Origin: Haliotis cracherodii
Lineage: Eukaryota
Reading direction: 5' to 3'
NCBI RefSeq assembly: GCF_022045235.1
Contig: NW_027266305.1
Location: forward strand, 1 to 64,000
DNA length: 64,000 bases
How positions within the stretch are numbered: position 1 is the first letter of the stretch; each line of letters begins with the position of its first letter. The translations under genes were made by a program, and so were the position numbers. Shown here in pieces: positions 26,326 to 37,989 of this stretch. Under the pieces are notes generated by a model. The model made no database searches. It saw only the letters and a list, made by a program, of their open reading frames with translations, and was not told the DNA's origin.

Positions 26326-28833
26326 ATGCCCAAGTACTACCCGGAGGAGGAAGGGGAGGAACCGAAACAACAGCTTGCCTGCTCTGGCATCCGAGAGGAC
26401 CTCTTGGATTGTCTGCTGAAGAGTGAATGCGTGATGAAGGTAGCTAGAAAGTTGATCGTCAGATAAATCAGTTTTGATAGTGACTGGATGACCCTGTAAT
26501 TGTTTCTGAGCATCATGGCATCTACAAAGTAAATGCTGCACTATCAGGGAAACTGCTTCTGACAACAGATCAAGTCTACAAAATTGAGAATGTAGTGCAA
26601 CCTAATCATTATTAGAAAGCTAATATCTGATAGGCTAAACACTCTTTGGGGGCGTGGGTGGCCCAGTCATCTGAGGCACCGTGATTCCCTGTGCAGCGTT
26701 GCGCCCCTTGGGCATGCCAGAAACCTATGATTTTGGGGTCGAATCCCGGTTCACCCCGATTATGCTTCTAGGTTTGTCAGCTGATATGAGGCTGTTTTGA
26801 CCTGCTCCCCTCTGGCAAATAAATGCAACTTTATTTCTTTGTATTTAGGGGATATAGAAACGGGCTTCTTCTGTACATCCAACAAGCATAACTCAGAAAC
26901 CGTTCAATATTTGTTCATCAAACTTTGCAGGTCTGTCAAGTACATGCGGAACTGGTGCCTTTTGCTTTTTAGAAATTTTAGACATTTTTATTTTTTACTT
27001 TTCCATGGCAACAAGATTGACTTAGGTTCTGTGAGGGTAGGGTTCGTTTCTGCAACATAACTCATAAACCGTTCAATATTTTTTCATGAAACTTTGCAGG
27101 TTTGTCAGGTACACGCTGAATTGGTGCCTTTTGCTATTTAGAAATTTTAGAAATTTTAGAATTTTATATATTTTTACGTTTCCATGGCAGCAAGATTGAT
27201 TTTGGTTCCAAACTCTTCTTTTTTTTACAATTTACATGACAAGTTCCACCTCGGTTAAAAAAGGATAGGGTTTGTTTAGATTTAATATTGTCTTAAATTC
27301 TGCAACAGTGGCGGGGGATATAGCAACTTTAGTGGCAAACTCTTGTTTATTTTATGATTGAGGCTTTTGGGAGTTGCATTAAATTGATCACTGAATGATT
27401 AAAATGATAACCCATCCTTATGACTTCCACCTGTTCCACTTGCAGGATGGTAAGACCCCCAGGGAGTGTCTGCAGCTCGGCCGCCACCCTAGCATACCAA
27501 ACAAGTGTCATAACCTCCGAACAGCCTTCTTCGAGTGTAAACGATCAATTGTAAGTGTTAATTGTTATATTTGCCTATTAGAAGTTTGTAATAACAAGAC
27601 ATTTGTAAGATGCAAGGATGACCACTCACTGTTGCGATGGTTCAGTATAGATGTAAGTGTGTGTGATAATGGTGCTAGCATCTGTACTGAAACATCGCGT
27701 TGTGTTCATCCATACAAATTGCTTGTTGTTTAACACTGTGTGCCAAACTCTTGGAGTCTCCACTTTAGACATGTCGCTTGACTTTATCTGAATATGTGTC
27801 GTGTTCCATCCATGACCATAGTCAAGTCCCTAATCAATTAATGTTGTAGCGATAAAAAAATCCAAATTTGCCCACACAGAATTGATTAATGATGTACCTT
27901 TAACCACAGATTACTTTATTTGTATATACTGTATGTGAGTGTTTCATTGCACCAATTGTTTGAAGACCGCCTCCGTGGTCTTGTGGTAGAGCATCCGCCC
28001 GGAGAGCGGAAGGTCCGGAGTTCGATCCCCGGCCGTGTCATACCAAAAGATGTTAAAAGATGGTACTTGTTGTTACCCTGTCTGGCGCTCGGCATTAAGG
28101 GGCTAAAACAAGGACTGGTCGGCTCGCAGTCAGTATACTGTGTCTGAGTGGGGTATTCATGTTAAACTGCGGCATGGTATCTCAGTGGGCTAGCACTATA
28201 AATCGGCATCAGTCTGGACTAGTACAAGCAGCCACACAAACACACACACGTACATGCACGTCGCTATATAAGTGCAATAATCTTGGACGCGACGTTAAAC
28301 CCAATTTCACCTCACCTCCAATTGTTTGACTAAATAATGTACATTGTATCTGTGTTCATTATAATAAAAACAATTATGATAAGGAGGAGAATATATGGAA
28401 GTCAACTTCTTCTTTATTATGAGGAACACAACGTTTCGGAGTATATGCTTACTCCTTCAACATTCACCTCATGAAGGAGTTAGCATATACTCTAAAACGT
28501 TGTGTTCTTCATAATAAAGAAGTTGACATCCATGTATTCTCCTTCTTATATGCATCACTTCTAAATGCCATTCAAAGACCAAAAATGATGATGCCATGAA
28601 GTGAACATATTTAACGGCATCCTTGGTATATTTTCCTTTTCTTCCTGTTCTATATGCTGTAAGGTTCGTTTGATGTACTGAAAATAGCAACAGAACAATA
28701 TTGCAGCAGCACAACAAATTCTTACTATCACAGCCAACACCTTAAGTGTAATATAGATGTTAGAGGAATGACGACTCTCCTCTCGTTTCAGCTTGACATG
28801 CGCAGCAGGTTCCGTGGAAGGAAGGGCTACTGA
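26326..28833 (+). CDS. COA5: Cytochrome c oxidase assembly factor 5 (PET191 family, twin CX9C-like), 86 aa
   Basis: Exons 26326-26439 (MPKYYPEEEGEEPKQQLACSGIREDLLDCLLKSECVMK), 27446-27550 (DGKTPRECLQLGRHPSIPNKCHNLRTAFFECKRSI) and 28792-28833 (LDMRSRFRGRKGY*), joined by phase-0 GT-AG introns. MPKYY, FFECKRS and RFRGRKGY are COA5 hallmarks. Confidence 0.96.
26647..26781 (+). mobile_element. SINE family C, 5' half
   Basis: Head ggggcgtgggtggcccagt ... gtcgaatccc; truncated next to the HINE-like element. Confidence 0.75.
26795..27347 (+). mobile_element. Helentron-associated non-autonomous element (HINE/DINE-like)
   Basis: Two ~170-bp internal repeats (cataactca..aaaccgttcaatat..aaactttgcagg..ccatggca), 3' end GGCGGGGGATAT...CTTGTTT, T-rich target. 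Confidence 0.6.
27965..28318 (+). mobile_element. SINE family D (tRNA head, Meta-domain-like centre, (CACCT)n tail)
   Basis: B box GTTCGATCCC, central gtcataccaaaagatgttaaaagatggtac...ggcgctcggcattaaggg, TSD ccaattgtttga. Confidence 0.9.
28379..28549. mobile_element. Inverted pair of Penelope-like element 3' ends with degenerate hammerhead motifs
   Basis: ~80-bp arms (28379-28459 and 28471-28549) that match the PLE end at 63050-63125. Both HHR cores are broken (one truncated, one CTCATGA/TAAAAC). Confidence 0.75.
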
Positions 28834-29429
28834 GGTTGACCGTGTGTATGTGTGGATGGTGTGGGAGTTGTGAGCAAGGGGTTCTACACAACCACCAAGT
28901 TCTCTTATATCACTGTCAAACCTGAGACACGAAGACCACTAACAAGGTGTGGTGTAGAATTGGACCTGTGTGAATCTGTGACTCGTTGAAAGATTACTCA
29001 TTACAGTTGATTATTCTAAGAAATATTGTCAGCTTAAGATATTCATTTGTCTGTTTAAACCTTTATCTGGAAATTGAATTGTATTGCACCTGGTGCTGTA
29101 AAACATTCATTTGCCTTTTAAAAGATTATATAAGGATAAAAAATATTGTACAGACATGACAACCCTTCAAACATGTTTCACCCATGAGATCACATTTAAT
29201 GAAGTGATCAGGCAAAACTTACTTAAATACTTGTTTTGCAGATTTATATTCCAAAAATACTTGAAGAGATGAAAATAGACACTGTTTGAAGTATAACTCA
29301 TTGTTTTGGGGTTCATTTCTTTGAGGTAGGGAAGGAAGGGGGGGATGCTTTCTTCTAGCTTTCACTGAAGTCTTTGCTGGGGGAGTAGGAGAGAGCAAGC
29401 ATACCAGTCAACCTGTTAGTGTAACTGTA

Positions 29430-29596
29430 GGGGCGGTCGGGTAGCCTAGTGGTTAAAGCGTTCGCTCGTCACACCGAAGACCCGGGTTCGATTCCTGACA
29501 TGGGCACAATATGTGAAGCCCATTTCTGGTGTCCCCCGCCGTGATATTGCTGGAATATTGCTAAAAGCGGCGTAAAACTTGACTCACTCACTCACT
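29430..29596 (+). mobile_element. SINE family B
   Basis: TSD tagtgtaactgta. Confidence 0.92.
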
Positions 29597-30160
29597 AGTG
29601 TAACTGTAAACTATGAGATATAAGGTTACGGGACAATTATTTCCCATTAGCAAATGTTTTATATTTTGTTGAATATGGCTAAGATGTGATCAGTTGATCT
29701 GTAAAACAAATAATTAAAATAATCTGGCCTGAATCAAAGACATTTGTACACTGATCGTAATGTATAGTTTTCCACCATTGACAGTAAGACCACGGGGTAT
29801 TCAGGTTGTTACTGACGTATCGTGGAGGACGATGACCTGTTAACATGAATGGAAGAATAATTAGATACGAATGTCTTGTATGTTGTGCAATGATGTTTAT
29901 ATCAGTAGTGAGAGATAAATATGTATATGAAATATGTTGTCTCTTTGTTATTTATTATCACGGCTAGGGACTCCGCAGCACCATTGATGTCTGCGAAGAG
30001 GAAGTTTGTCCCAGTTCAAATTATTTGTATTTGTACCATGTTTGTAATCACTTGTTAACAACCAGAAGATTTCACAGAAAATAGAAAACACCATTGCCAT
30101 TCTTAACATTACAATCATTCGTTACCATATAGAATTTATATACAGTATGCAGAATAGAAA

Positions 30161-30936
30161 GTTTGTTTGTTGTTTATTTCCAGTGGTTTAACACTGCACT
30201 CAGCATTATTCCAGCTATATGACGGCTGTCTGTAGATAATTGAGTCTTGACCAGACAATCCAGTGATTGACGTCATGAGCATCGATCCACACAATTGGGA
30301 TACGATGACATGCATCAACCAAGTCAGGGAGACTCACCACCTGATCCCGTTAGTCGCCTCTTACGACAGGCAAGTTGTCTTTTACAGCAAGCATGGGTTG
30401 CTGAAGACCTATTCTACCCCATCTTCCAAAGGTAAGAGAGTTAACTGACTTTAAAAGTCCAGTTTCCACCCTTGCCGAACTAGGCTGGAATTACTGGGCT
30501 CGATCGTAGCGCCACCAGTGACTATTACAAGTTATGTCCCTTCTAAGCCTCTCCTATGGACCAATCAGATTCCACCTCTCGTATCACTTGCATTTGCTTT
30601 AAACAAAATGGCGGCGTCCGGTCAAGACGATCTGATCGATAATCAAGATCTGCATTGTGATTAAAAACATGAAAAGATTTGGAAAATATCTGTTGACAAC
30701 GAGTTAGTGGTGCACATGCTTTGCAAATTCTGCAATCAACCGAAATCTGCACGGCAGATTACAAACCGGATTTCGATTTCTTGCTGATTTTGATTTGACT
30801 ATGCATAGACTCGTTAGTCCAGCCAAAATGTAACTCCATAATACCAGCCTAGTTCGGCAAGGGTGGAAACTGGACTTTTATTGTCCGTTAACTCTCTTGC
30901 CTCGGGAAGATGATTCTACCCTGGATCTTCACAGGT
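30161..30936 (-). mobile_element. Family A copy interrupted by a MITE
   Basis: Family A sequence resumes at 30913 (attctaccctggatcttcac). Confidence 0.85.
30420..30912 (+). mobile_element. Complete 493-bp MITE with ~70-bp TIRs (CATCTTCC...GGAAGATG)
   Basis: 9-bp TSD attctaccc at 30411-30419 and 30913-30921. Confidence 0.9.
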
Positions 30937-31031
30937 AGAAAGTTTGCGGTACATACCATGAGAAACTTTTCTGGAAACTAACGCCTGCGGTCTTTCATTT
31001 CAGGTTTCATCCAGATTTCACCCAAACACAG

Positions 31032-31099
31032 CACTCCCACTCCCACTCCCACTGCCACTCCCACTGCCACTCCCACTCCCACTCCCACTGCCCACTCCA
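31032..31099. repeat. (CACTCC)n hexamer microsatellite
   Basis: Direct periodicity. Confidence 0.9.
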
Positions 31100-31670
31100 C
31101 ATCATTGTTTCACAGTCGAAGTATAATTTTTCGAACTTAAGTTGCGTGGCAAATAAAACACAAGGGAATGAAGGGATTCAATTTGGATATTTTGTAGCGC
31201 CAAAGGTCCATTGCGGTTTTTTAAATGAAACCCCATATCTTACCAGAGCTACGAACGCTTATAGCCCAGGGTGCATAGTCAGCAAACATTGGGGGACACA
31301 TACGGTGACATTTTTCATATTTTTTTATGCGTCATTTCCCCAAAACAGAGCTGTGCAGAAGGGAAGGGTATTGGTCAGGTAAACAATCAGTTATGAACAT
31401 TCACCAAAGCGGAAACATTACCGCTAGCTCAACATACCAGACATCGCATGGCAACAAAAACCTAATAATAACGCCCGTTAGTCCATTCTGTTACTCTGTT
31501 ATTGATTATTAAATATTACAAAGCGGTTCGGGCTTTAAGTTATTAGTTAATTTCATTTATTGTTTCCAAAATTTCATCCTGTATTGTGAACACGAATCTC
31601 GGCAAAATCATGTGTGAAGGGACCCTCAGTACTAACATCCTCCCAAGGCAAGGGCGTTAATAAAGTTCCC

Positions 31671-31804
31671 TTGCTCGTGAGTTTCACCAACGTGGTAAAC
31701 GTCTAAGACCTGCATCACTTCGGGCTTTCCTCCCACATTTTGTTAACTCGCTGTGGTATAACTAGAACACGGTGTTAAACCCAACTCACTTACTGACTCA
31801 CTCA
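31671..31804 (+). mobile_element. SINE family C, 3' half
   Basis: Matches the family C body and tail. Confidence 0.75.
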
Positions 31805-33692
31805 TTGCGTTTTGTTTTATGCAAACTGTTGTTATGTAACATGATGTGTTATATAACACACTCGCCAACATTCTAAACTACAGTGGCTATCTGCCAATCT
31901 TTTAGAAGCGCACGTAAAATACCTGTCCCCCTGTCAGTCAGACGAGATGGGTATGTGATGTGTCTCAATTCATCATGTTGATGATGCAGGGTCATTCGTG
32001 TTTCGAGTAACTATAGTATATGAGAGCTTGTTGTCTAGCATTGTATTTAGCTTTGCAGTACTGTTTCAACAAACCTAACCAGCGGCAGGTCTAGACAGTC
32101 TATCTTCCAACCGCTATTTATTTATTCAGTACTTTTTAATATCTGAAACCTAACCTGCAACGCTTATGTATCGCGCAGCTTACCCCATTCGACCAACTTG
32201 CCAACTTTCGGACTTCGACGGAATGCTATATATATATCAACTCGATAAACGTCAATCAGATCTATGGCGGGACTCTGATCTGTGGCGGATTCTCAGATCT
32301 ATGACATACCACAAACGGAAGAAGATAATTGCGTATACTCAGATCTGTAGGAGATTATCATATAATATCAATAATTGTTATTTTTTATAGTTTAATAATT
32401 ATCCAAGGCCTTCCGCACTATTCTATCGTTTGCCGGAGTTCATGCTACCCCACTTTAGATTCAGAGCCTTTACGCGAGTAACTTCATGTAATTTTTAATA
32501 ATCATATTAAAATGATTCGGCATTTTTTCGATTGATCGCTGTGTCAATGAGAATCTGCCATGGATCTGAGTCCTACACATATATAACATTGTCCCTTATT
32601 AAACCAGTTGAAAACTATGGAACCCCCCACCGCCAGAAGCTTACGTCAGGCTGCGCAACAAAGCGCGATGGAGAGTTGCGTCCCTTAGGGCAACTGCTAA
32701 GGTGCGCTGTTTGTGGTGACGAATCCCAGGTTCGGTCTGATTATGACCCTTGGTTTCTTAGTGCGCCTATGTTCCTAGAGTTGAAATCGCCATGACCAGC
32801 CTCAGTTCCGACTTTCCACCCCAGAACATTTCCACGCCGTCACACAACCGAAGAAACAAATCGAGTTTTACGTATTTGATGATATTGTCTTGTAATGAAA
32901 AAATATGTTCTCTGTATGTCTCTAATCGATGAATGCCGCGTTAGGTAGGGACCCACCTTATATCATTCTTAATATATTTTTGTTTATTTCTTTGGTAAAA
33001 GGCCGTTAAACAAAAACAATTCCCAATCCTTGAACGAAGATCACAAACAAAATAACAAATAACACCCGAGAATGTATGATAGTTGATGTGTTTAATATAT
33101 ACATATATAGAATACACACATCTATTAAACCACAAGTGTGCAATATGAATGCATTTATAAATAACTACACCTGTCACAGATAAAAAAAATGAATTTTACA
33201 AGCACTGATATATAATCCTTGAAAGGGTATGACTAGTTGTAAACTTTCCAGGTTGGAAAAAATACCCACCGTTGTCAAGAGACATGCGTTTTGTGTATGC
33301 ATGAGCCGCGACACTGTATGTTAGTAGTGTAAGATTTACTCCTTGCCCCGTGGTTGAGACACGATTCACTGTGGAAGGTAAGCCATGTGTCCAGTGGCTG
33401 TGCGTGACAGGTTGATGGCTGCATTTATTCACCAACACAGCCAACCATGTACTGGATGCACGTTTCGGCATAGTTTGCCTTTAATAGTTTCTCATGTGGA
33501 AACCCTCAGCATTATTCATCCTCTATCACGACAGTTTACAGATGACTTCCGTGGTCGGATCTGATCATTACATGGCAACAGGCACACGCAGCAGCATGCC
33601 ATTAATAAGAAACTGAATCTCAAGGAATGACAGGGAACGAGGTATAGCAATGGCGCATTTTGGTCCACTGAACTTTAAAAACTTTGATGTAC

Positions 33693-33763
33693 GAGGTGAG
33701 GTGAAATTGGGTTTAACGTCGCGTCCAAGATTATTGCACTTGTATAGCGACGTGCATGCTCGT

Positions 33764-33801
<38 letters not shown>

Positions 33802-34254
33802 CTGATTGTACCTGTCCGGGCTGATGCCGATTTATAGTGCTAGCTCACTGAGATACCATATCGCACTACCCCACTCAGACACAGTATACAGGGTAACAAC
33901 AAGTACCATCTTTTTTATCGTCTATTGGTTGCGTCCCTTGGGCAAGCCAGAAACCTATGATTGTGGGTTCGAATCCAGGTTCGTCCCGATTATGTTTCTA
34001 GGTTTGTCAGCACCATACCCGTGCTCGTGGGTTTCACCGAAGTTGTAAACGTCTGAGACCTGCATCACTTCGGGCTTTCATCCCAGATTAAGCTGACACG
34101 CCGCGATATAACTGGAATATTGTTAAAAGTGGCGTTAAACCCAACTCACCCACTCACTCACTTTAACGTCTATTGGTATGTCGCGGCCGGGGATCCAATC
34201 CCGGACCTTCCGATCTCCAGGCGGAAGCTGTACCACTAGACCACGGGGACGGTC
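33693..34254 (-). mobile_element. SINE family D with a nested plus-strand family C SINE (33928-34161)
   Basis: D TSD ttgatgtacgagg; C TSD cgtctattggt. Confidence 0.85.
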
Positions 34255-34260
34255 TTGATG

Positions 34261-34430
34261 TACGAGGGCAGGTCAAATATTTAGCTTAACAACCAAAACC
34301 AACTGTTGTGAAAGTGTTTTTCAACATAATCTCCCTGCTTTTCAATACATTTCTCATATCGACAGTGAAGATTTTCAATTCCAGTCAGGAAGAAGGTTTC
34401 TGAAGCCACCCAGAAAACCCATTCACGACA
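34261..34430 (-). pseudogene. Mariner transposon 3' end relic
   Basis: C-terminal motif FFLTGIENLHCRYEKCIEKQGDYVEK followed by a TIR ending TA|CGAGGG. Confidence 0.75.
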
Positions 34431-35350
34431 GCCTTGGAGTGCAGCGTTAAACAATAAACAAACAAACAAAACAACACACACACGTGCGCGTGTCCTCGTC
34501 AACATTCAACCTAGGATTACAATGTTGCCAATAAATAACATTATACACCAAATGTTATAGACAGTTTATTGGAGGTCCACACTAGCACGTCTTTTTAAAT
34601 GAACCTCCATCGATGCCACGCTAGAATTAAAACAATGAAAATTGTCAATGGTATTAAAACATTATAATATAATACCAAAACGTGTATACTTGTTCACTTG
34701 ACATGAACCCGGCGAGCACTACATTTGTGTATTTATTATTATTATAATAATCATATACATAATATATGATGAATACCATAGTGACCTGACAAATATTACG
34801 TTTTCAAATTTGCGTCTGTGAAAAATTCAACACATGACATAGACTGTAGAGATATTCTTTTTTCAACTGACGTAGACGCTACACTTTTTTATTTACGTTA
34901 CATCCGGGCATCATCTTAACGCCCTGCAAATTTTCCATCGTACAAAACTTGGCTAACCCGATCCTATTTTCATCCATATTCTTTAAGGAGTTGTCATTAA
35001 ATACATCCAGTCTTTCCACACGGTAGGCGTTTATCGTCGCCGGCACTAGTGGTAAATATATATAGTGCAGTGGGTAATATATAACGGCACATTTGAACTA
35101 TACAACCCTACACATGATGTTTAACACCTGGTAGATATACTTCAGTCGACACACTTTCTGAAAAAGCATGGCAAAATACAATAATGCGTCAAACAGGAGG
35201 CCACTTAACTCAGTTAATCAACATTTTTCAGTGTTAAGGTTTTGGGGTTTTTACGGTATGTCTCGAAACTTAAGGCATCGTGTTTTTAATTTGGCTTCAT
35301 CCAATTATCTGAATAGTACTTGTTATCTATTCAATGTTAATCTGCTGCTT

Positions 35351-37222
35351 ATCACAACATGTCATGCACATATACCTCTCATCACTTGGTCGGTGTCACT
35401 CCAGCCTGATAACAGTGTGAGAATCTACATCACAACATGTCATGCACATATACCTCTCATCACTTGGTCGGTGTCACTCCAGCTTGATAATGATGTAAGA
35501 ATCTACATCACAACATGTCATGCACATATACCTCTCATCACTTGGTCGGTGTCACTCCAGCTTAATAACGGTGTAAGAATCTACATCACAACATGTCATG
35601 CACATATACCTCTCATCGCTTGGTCGGTGTCACTCCAGCTTAATAACAGTGTGAGAATCTACATCACAACATGTCATGCACATATACCTCTCATCACTTG
35701 GTCGGTGTCACTCCAGCTTGATAATGATGTAAGAATCTACATCACAACATGTCATGCACATATACCTCTCATCACTTGGTCGGTGTCACTCCAGCTTAAT
35801 GACGGTGTAAGAATCTACATCACAACATGTCATGCACATATACCTCTCATCACTTGGTCGGTGTCACTCCAGCTTAATAACGGTGTAAGAATCTACATCA
35901 CAACATGTCATGCACATATACCTCTCATCACTTGGTCGGTGTCACTCCAGCTTTATAACGGTGTAAGAATCTACATCACAACATGTCATGCACATATCCC
36001 TCTCATCACTTGGTCGGTGTCACTCCAGCTTTATAACGGTGTAAGAATCTACATCACAACATGTCATGCACATATCCCTCTCATCACTTGGTCGGTGTCA
36101 CTCCAGCTTTATAACGGTGTAAGAATCTACATCACAACATGTCATGCACATATCCCTCTCATCACTTGGTCGGTGTCACTCCAGCTTGATGACGGTGTAA
36201 GAATCTACATCACAACATGTCATGCACATATACCTCTCATCGCTTGGTCGGTGTCACTCCAGCTTAATAACGGTGTAAGAATCTACATCACAACATGTCA
36301 TGCACATATACCTCTCATCACTTGGTCGGTGTCACTCCAGCTTAATAACGGTGTAAGAATCTACATCACAACATGTCATGCACATATACCTCTCATCACT
36401 TGGTCGGTGTCACTCCAGCTTTATAACGGTGTAAGAATCTACATCACAACATGTCATGCACATATACCTCTCATCACTTGGTCGGTGTCACTCCAGCTTG
36501 ATGACGGTGTAAGAATCTACATCACAACATGTCATGCACATATACCTCTCATCACTTGGTCGGTGTCACTCCAGCTTAATAACGGTGTAAGAATCTACAT
36601 CACAACATGTCATGCACATATACCTCTCATCACTTGGTCGGTGTCACTCCAGCTTGATGACGGTGTAAGAATCTACATCACAACATGTCATGCACATATA
36701 CCTCTCATCACTTGGTCGGTGTCACTCCAGCTTAATAACGGTGTAAGAATCTACATCACAACATGTCATGCACATATACCTCTCATCACTTGGTCGGTGT
36801 CACTCCAGCTTGATGACGGTGTAAGAATCTACATCACAACATGTCATGCACATATACCTCTCATCACTTGGTCGGTGTCACTCCAGCTTGATGACGGTGT
36901 AAGAATCTACGTCACAACATGTCATGCACATATACCTCTCATCACTTGGTCGGTGTCACTCCAGCTTGATGACGGTGTAAGAATCTACATCACAACATGT
37001 CATGCACATATACCTCTCATCACTTGGTCGGTGTCACTCCAGCTTGATGACGGTGTAAGAATCTACATCACAACATGTCATGCACATATACCTCTCATCA
37101 CTTGGTCGGGGTCACTCCAGCTTGATGACGGTGTAAGAATCTACATCACAACATGTCATGCACATATACCTCTCATCACTTGGTCGGTGTCACTCCAGCT
37201 TGATGACGGTGTAAGAATCTAC
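35351..37222 (+). repeat. 78-bp satellite, 24 copies, apparently derived from a PLE hammerhead region
   Basis: Exact 78-bp period. Each unit contains AGC-TTGATGA-CGGTGTA..TACATC-ACAAC-ATGTC. The array is followed by a PLE-like end (agaagttg..atccat). Confidence 0.95.
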
Positions 37223-37989
37223 GTCGCTATATACAATATACCAGAAGTTGTTATCCATAAAGTTGTACGTCTTTCTTACTACGTTTGCCAACTTCTAGAA
37301 TGCCAATCAAACAGTCATTATTTTTTAAACCCTACATTGAATTTTAGAACCGGTCACCGAGGTAAGTACTATGTTCAACGCCATGTTACTCTTGGATGAA
37401 TGATTATCTAAAATTAAAGGATTAACCAGTTTGATTGTAGTGATGAGATGCTAAGCCCCAGGCGCTGTAACCAGCCCGCGTGTGTTGTCATGACAGTCAG
37501 GTGATGGCCGGTGACAGCCCGCCTTTGTAGTCGGGGATCGTGTTTGTGTCAGTGACGTGTGTAAGCGTCCTCCAGGTGTGTGGAATGCCACTAACATGGT
37601 TATTAATTTAATACCACTCTACATGTTTCGCATTCATCAACATGTCCTCCTAAGACCACCATCAGCTGTCCCGATAGTCTGGCCCGTACAACTCAGGTGG
37701 TTTCTATAGATACATGTATATGGCAAACATCCAACTCTCTTTCAGTTGTATTTATTTAAAGGGGCCTTGGCTGCAATTAATGTGCTGTCCCAGCATTTTA
37801 ATTTGAGTCAATGAAAAATGGTATATTCTCTGTTTGCTTATTTAACATTTACGATGTCTATCGTTTGTAGTTAATTATTCCCATAATGAGTGAACGAGTA
37901 GTTTCGTACATGACATTAACGACAACGTCAGATAACGTCAGACCAAGTCTGGGAATTAGGTACAGTTCTGTGGAACATCTCCCCAGGGT

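Noticed and set aside
35168-37399. 743-aa ORF as a repeat protein
   Set aside because: The frame is open only because the 78-bp unit lacks stops. There is no splice or signal context, and the unit is better explained as PLE-derived.
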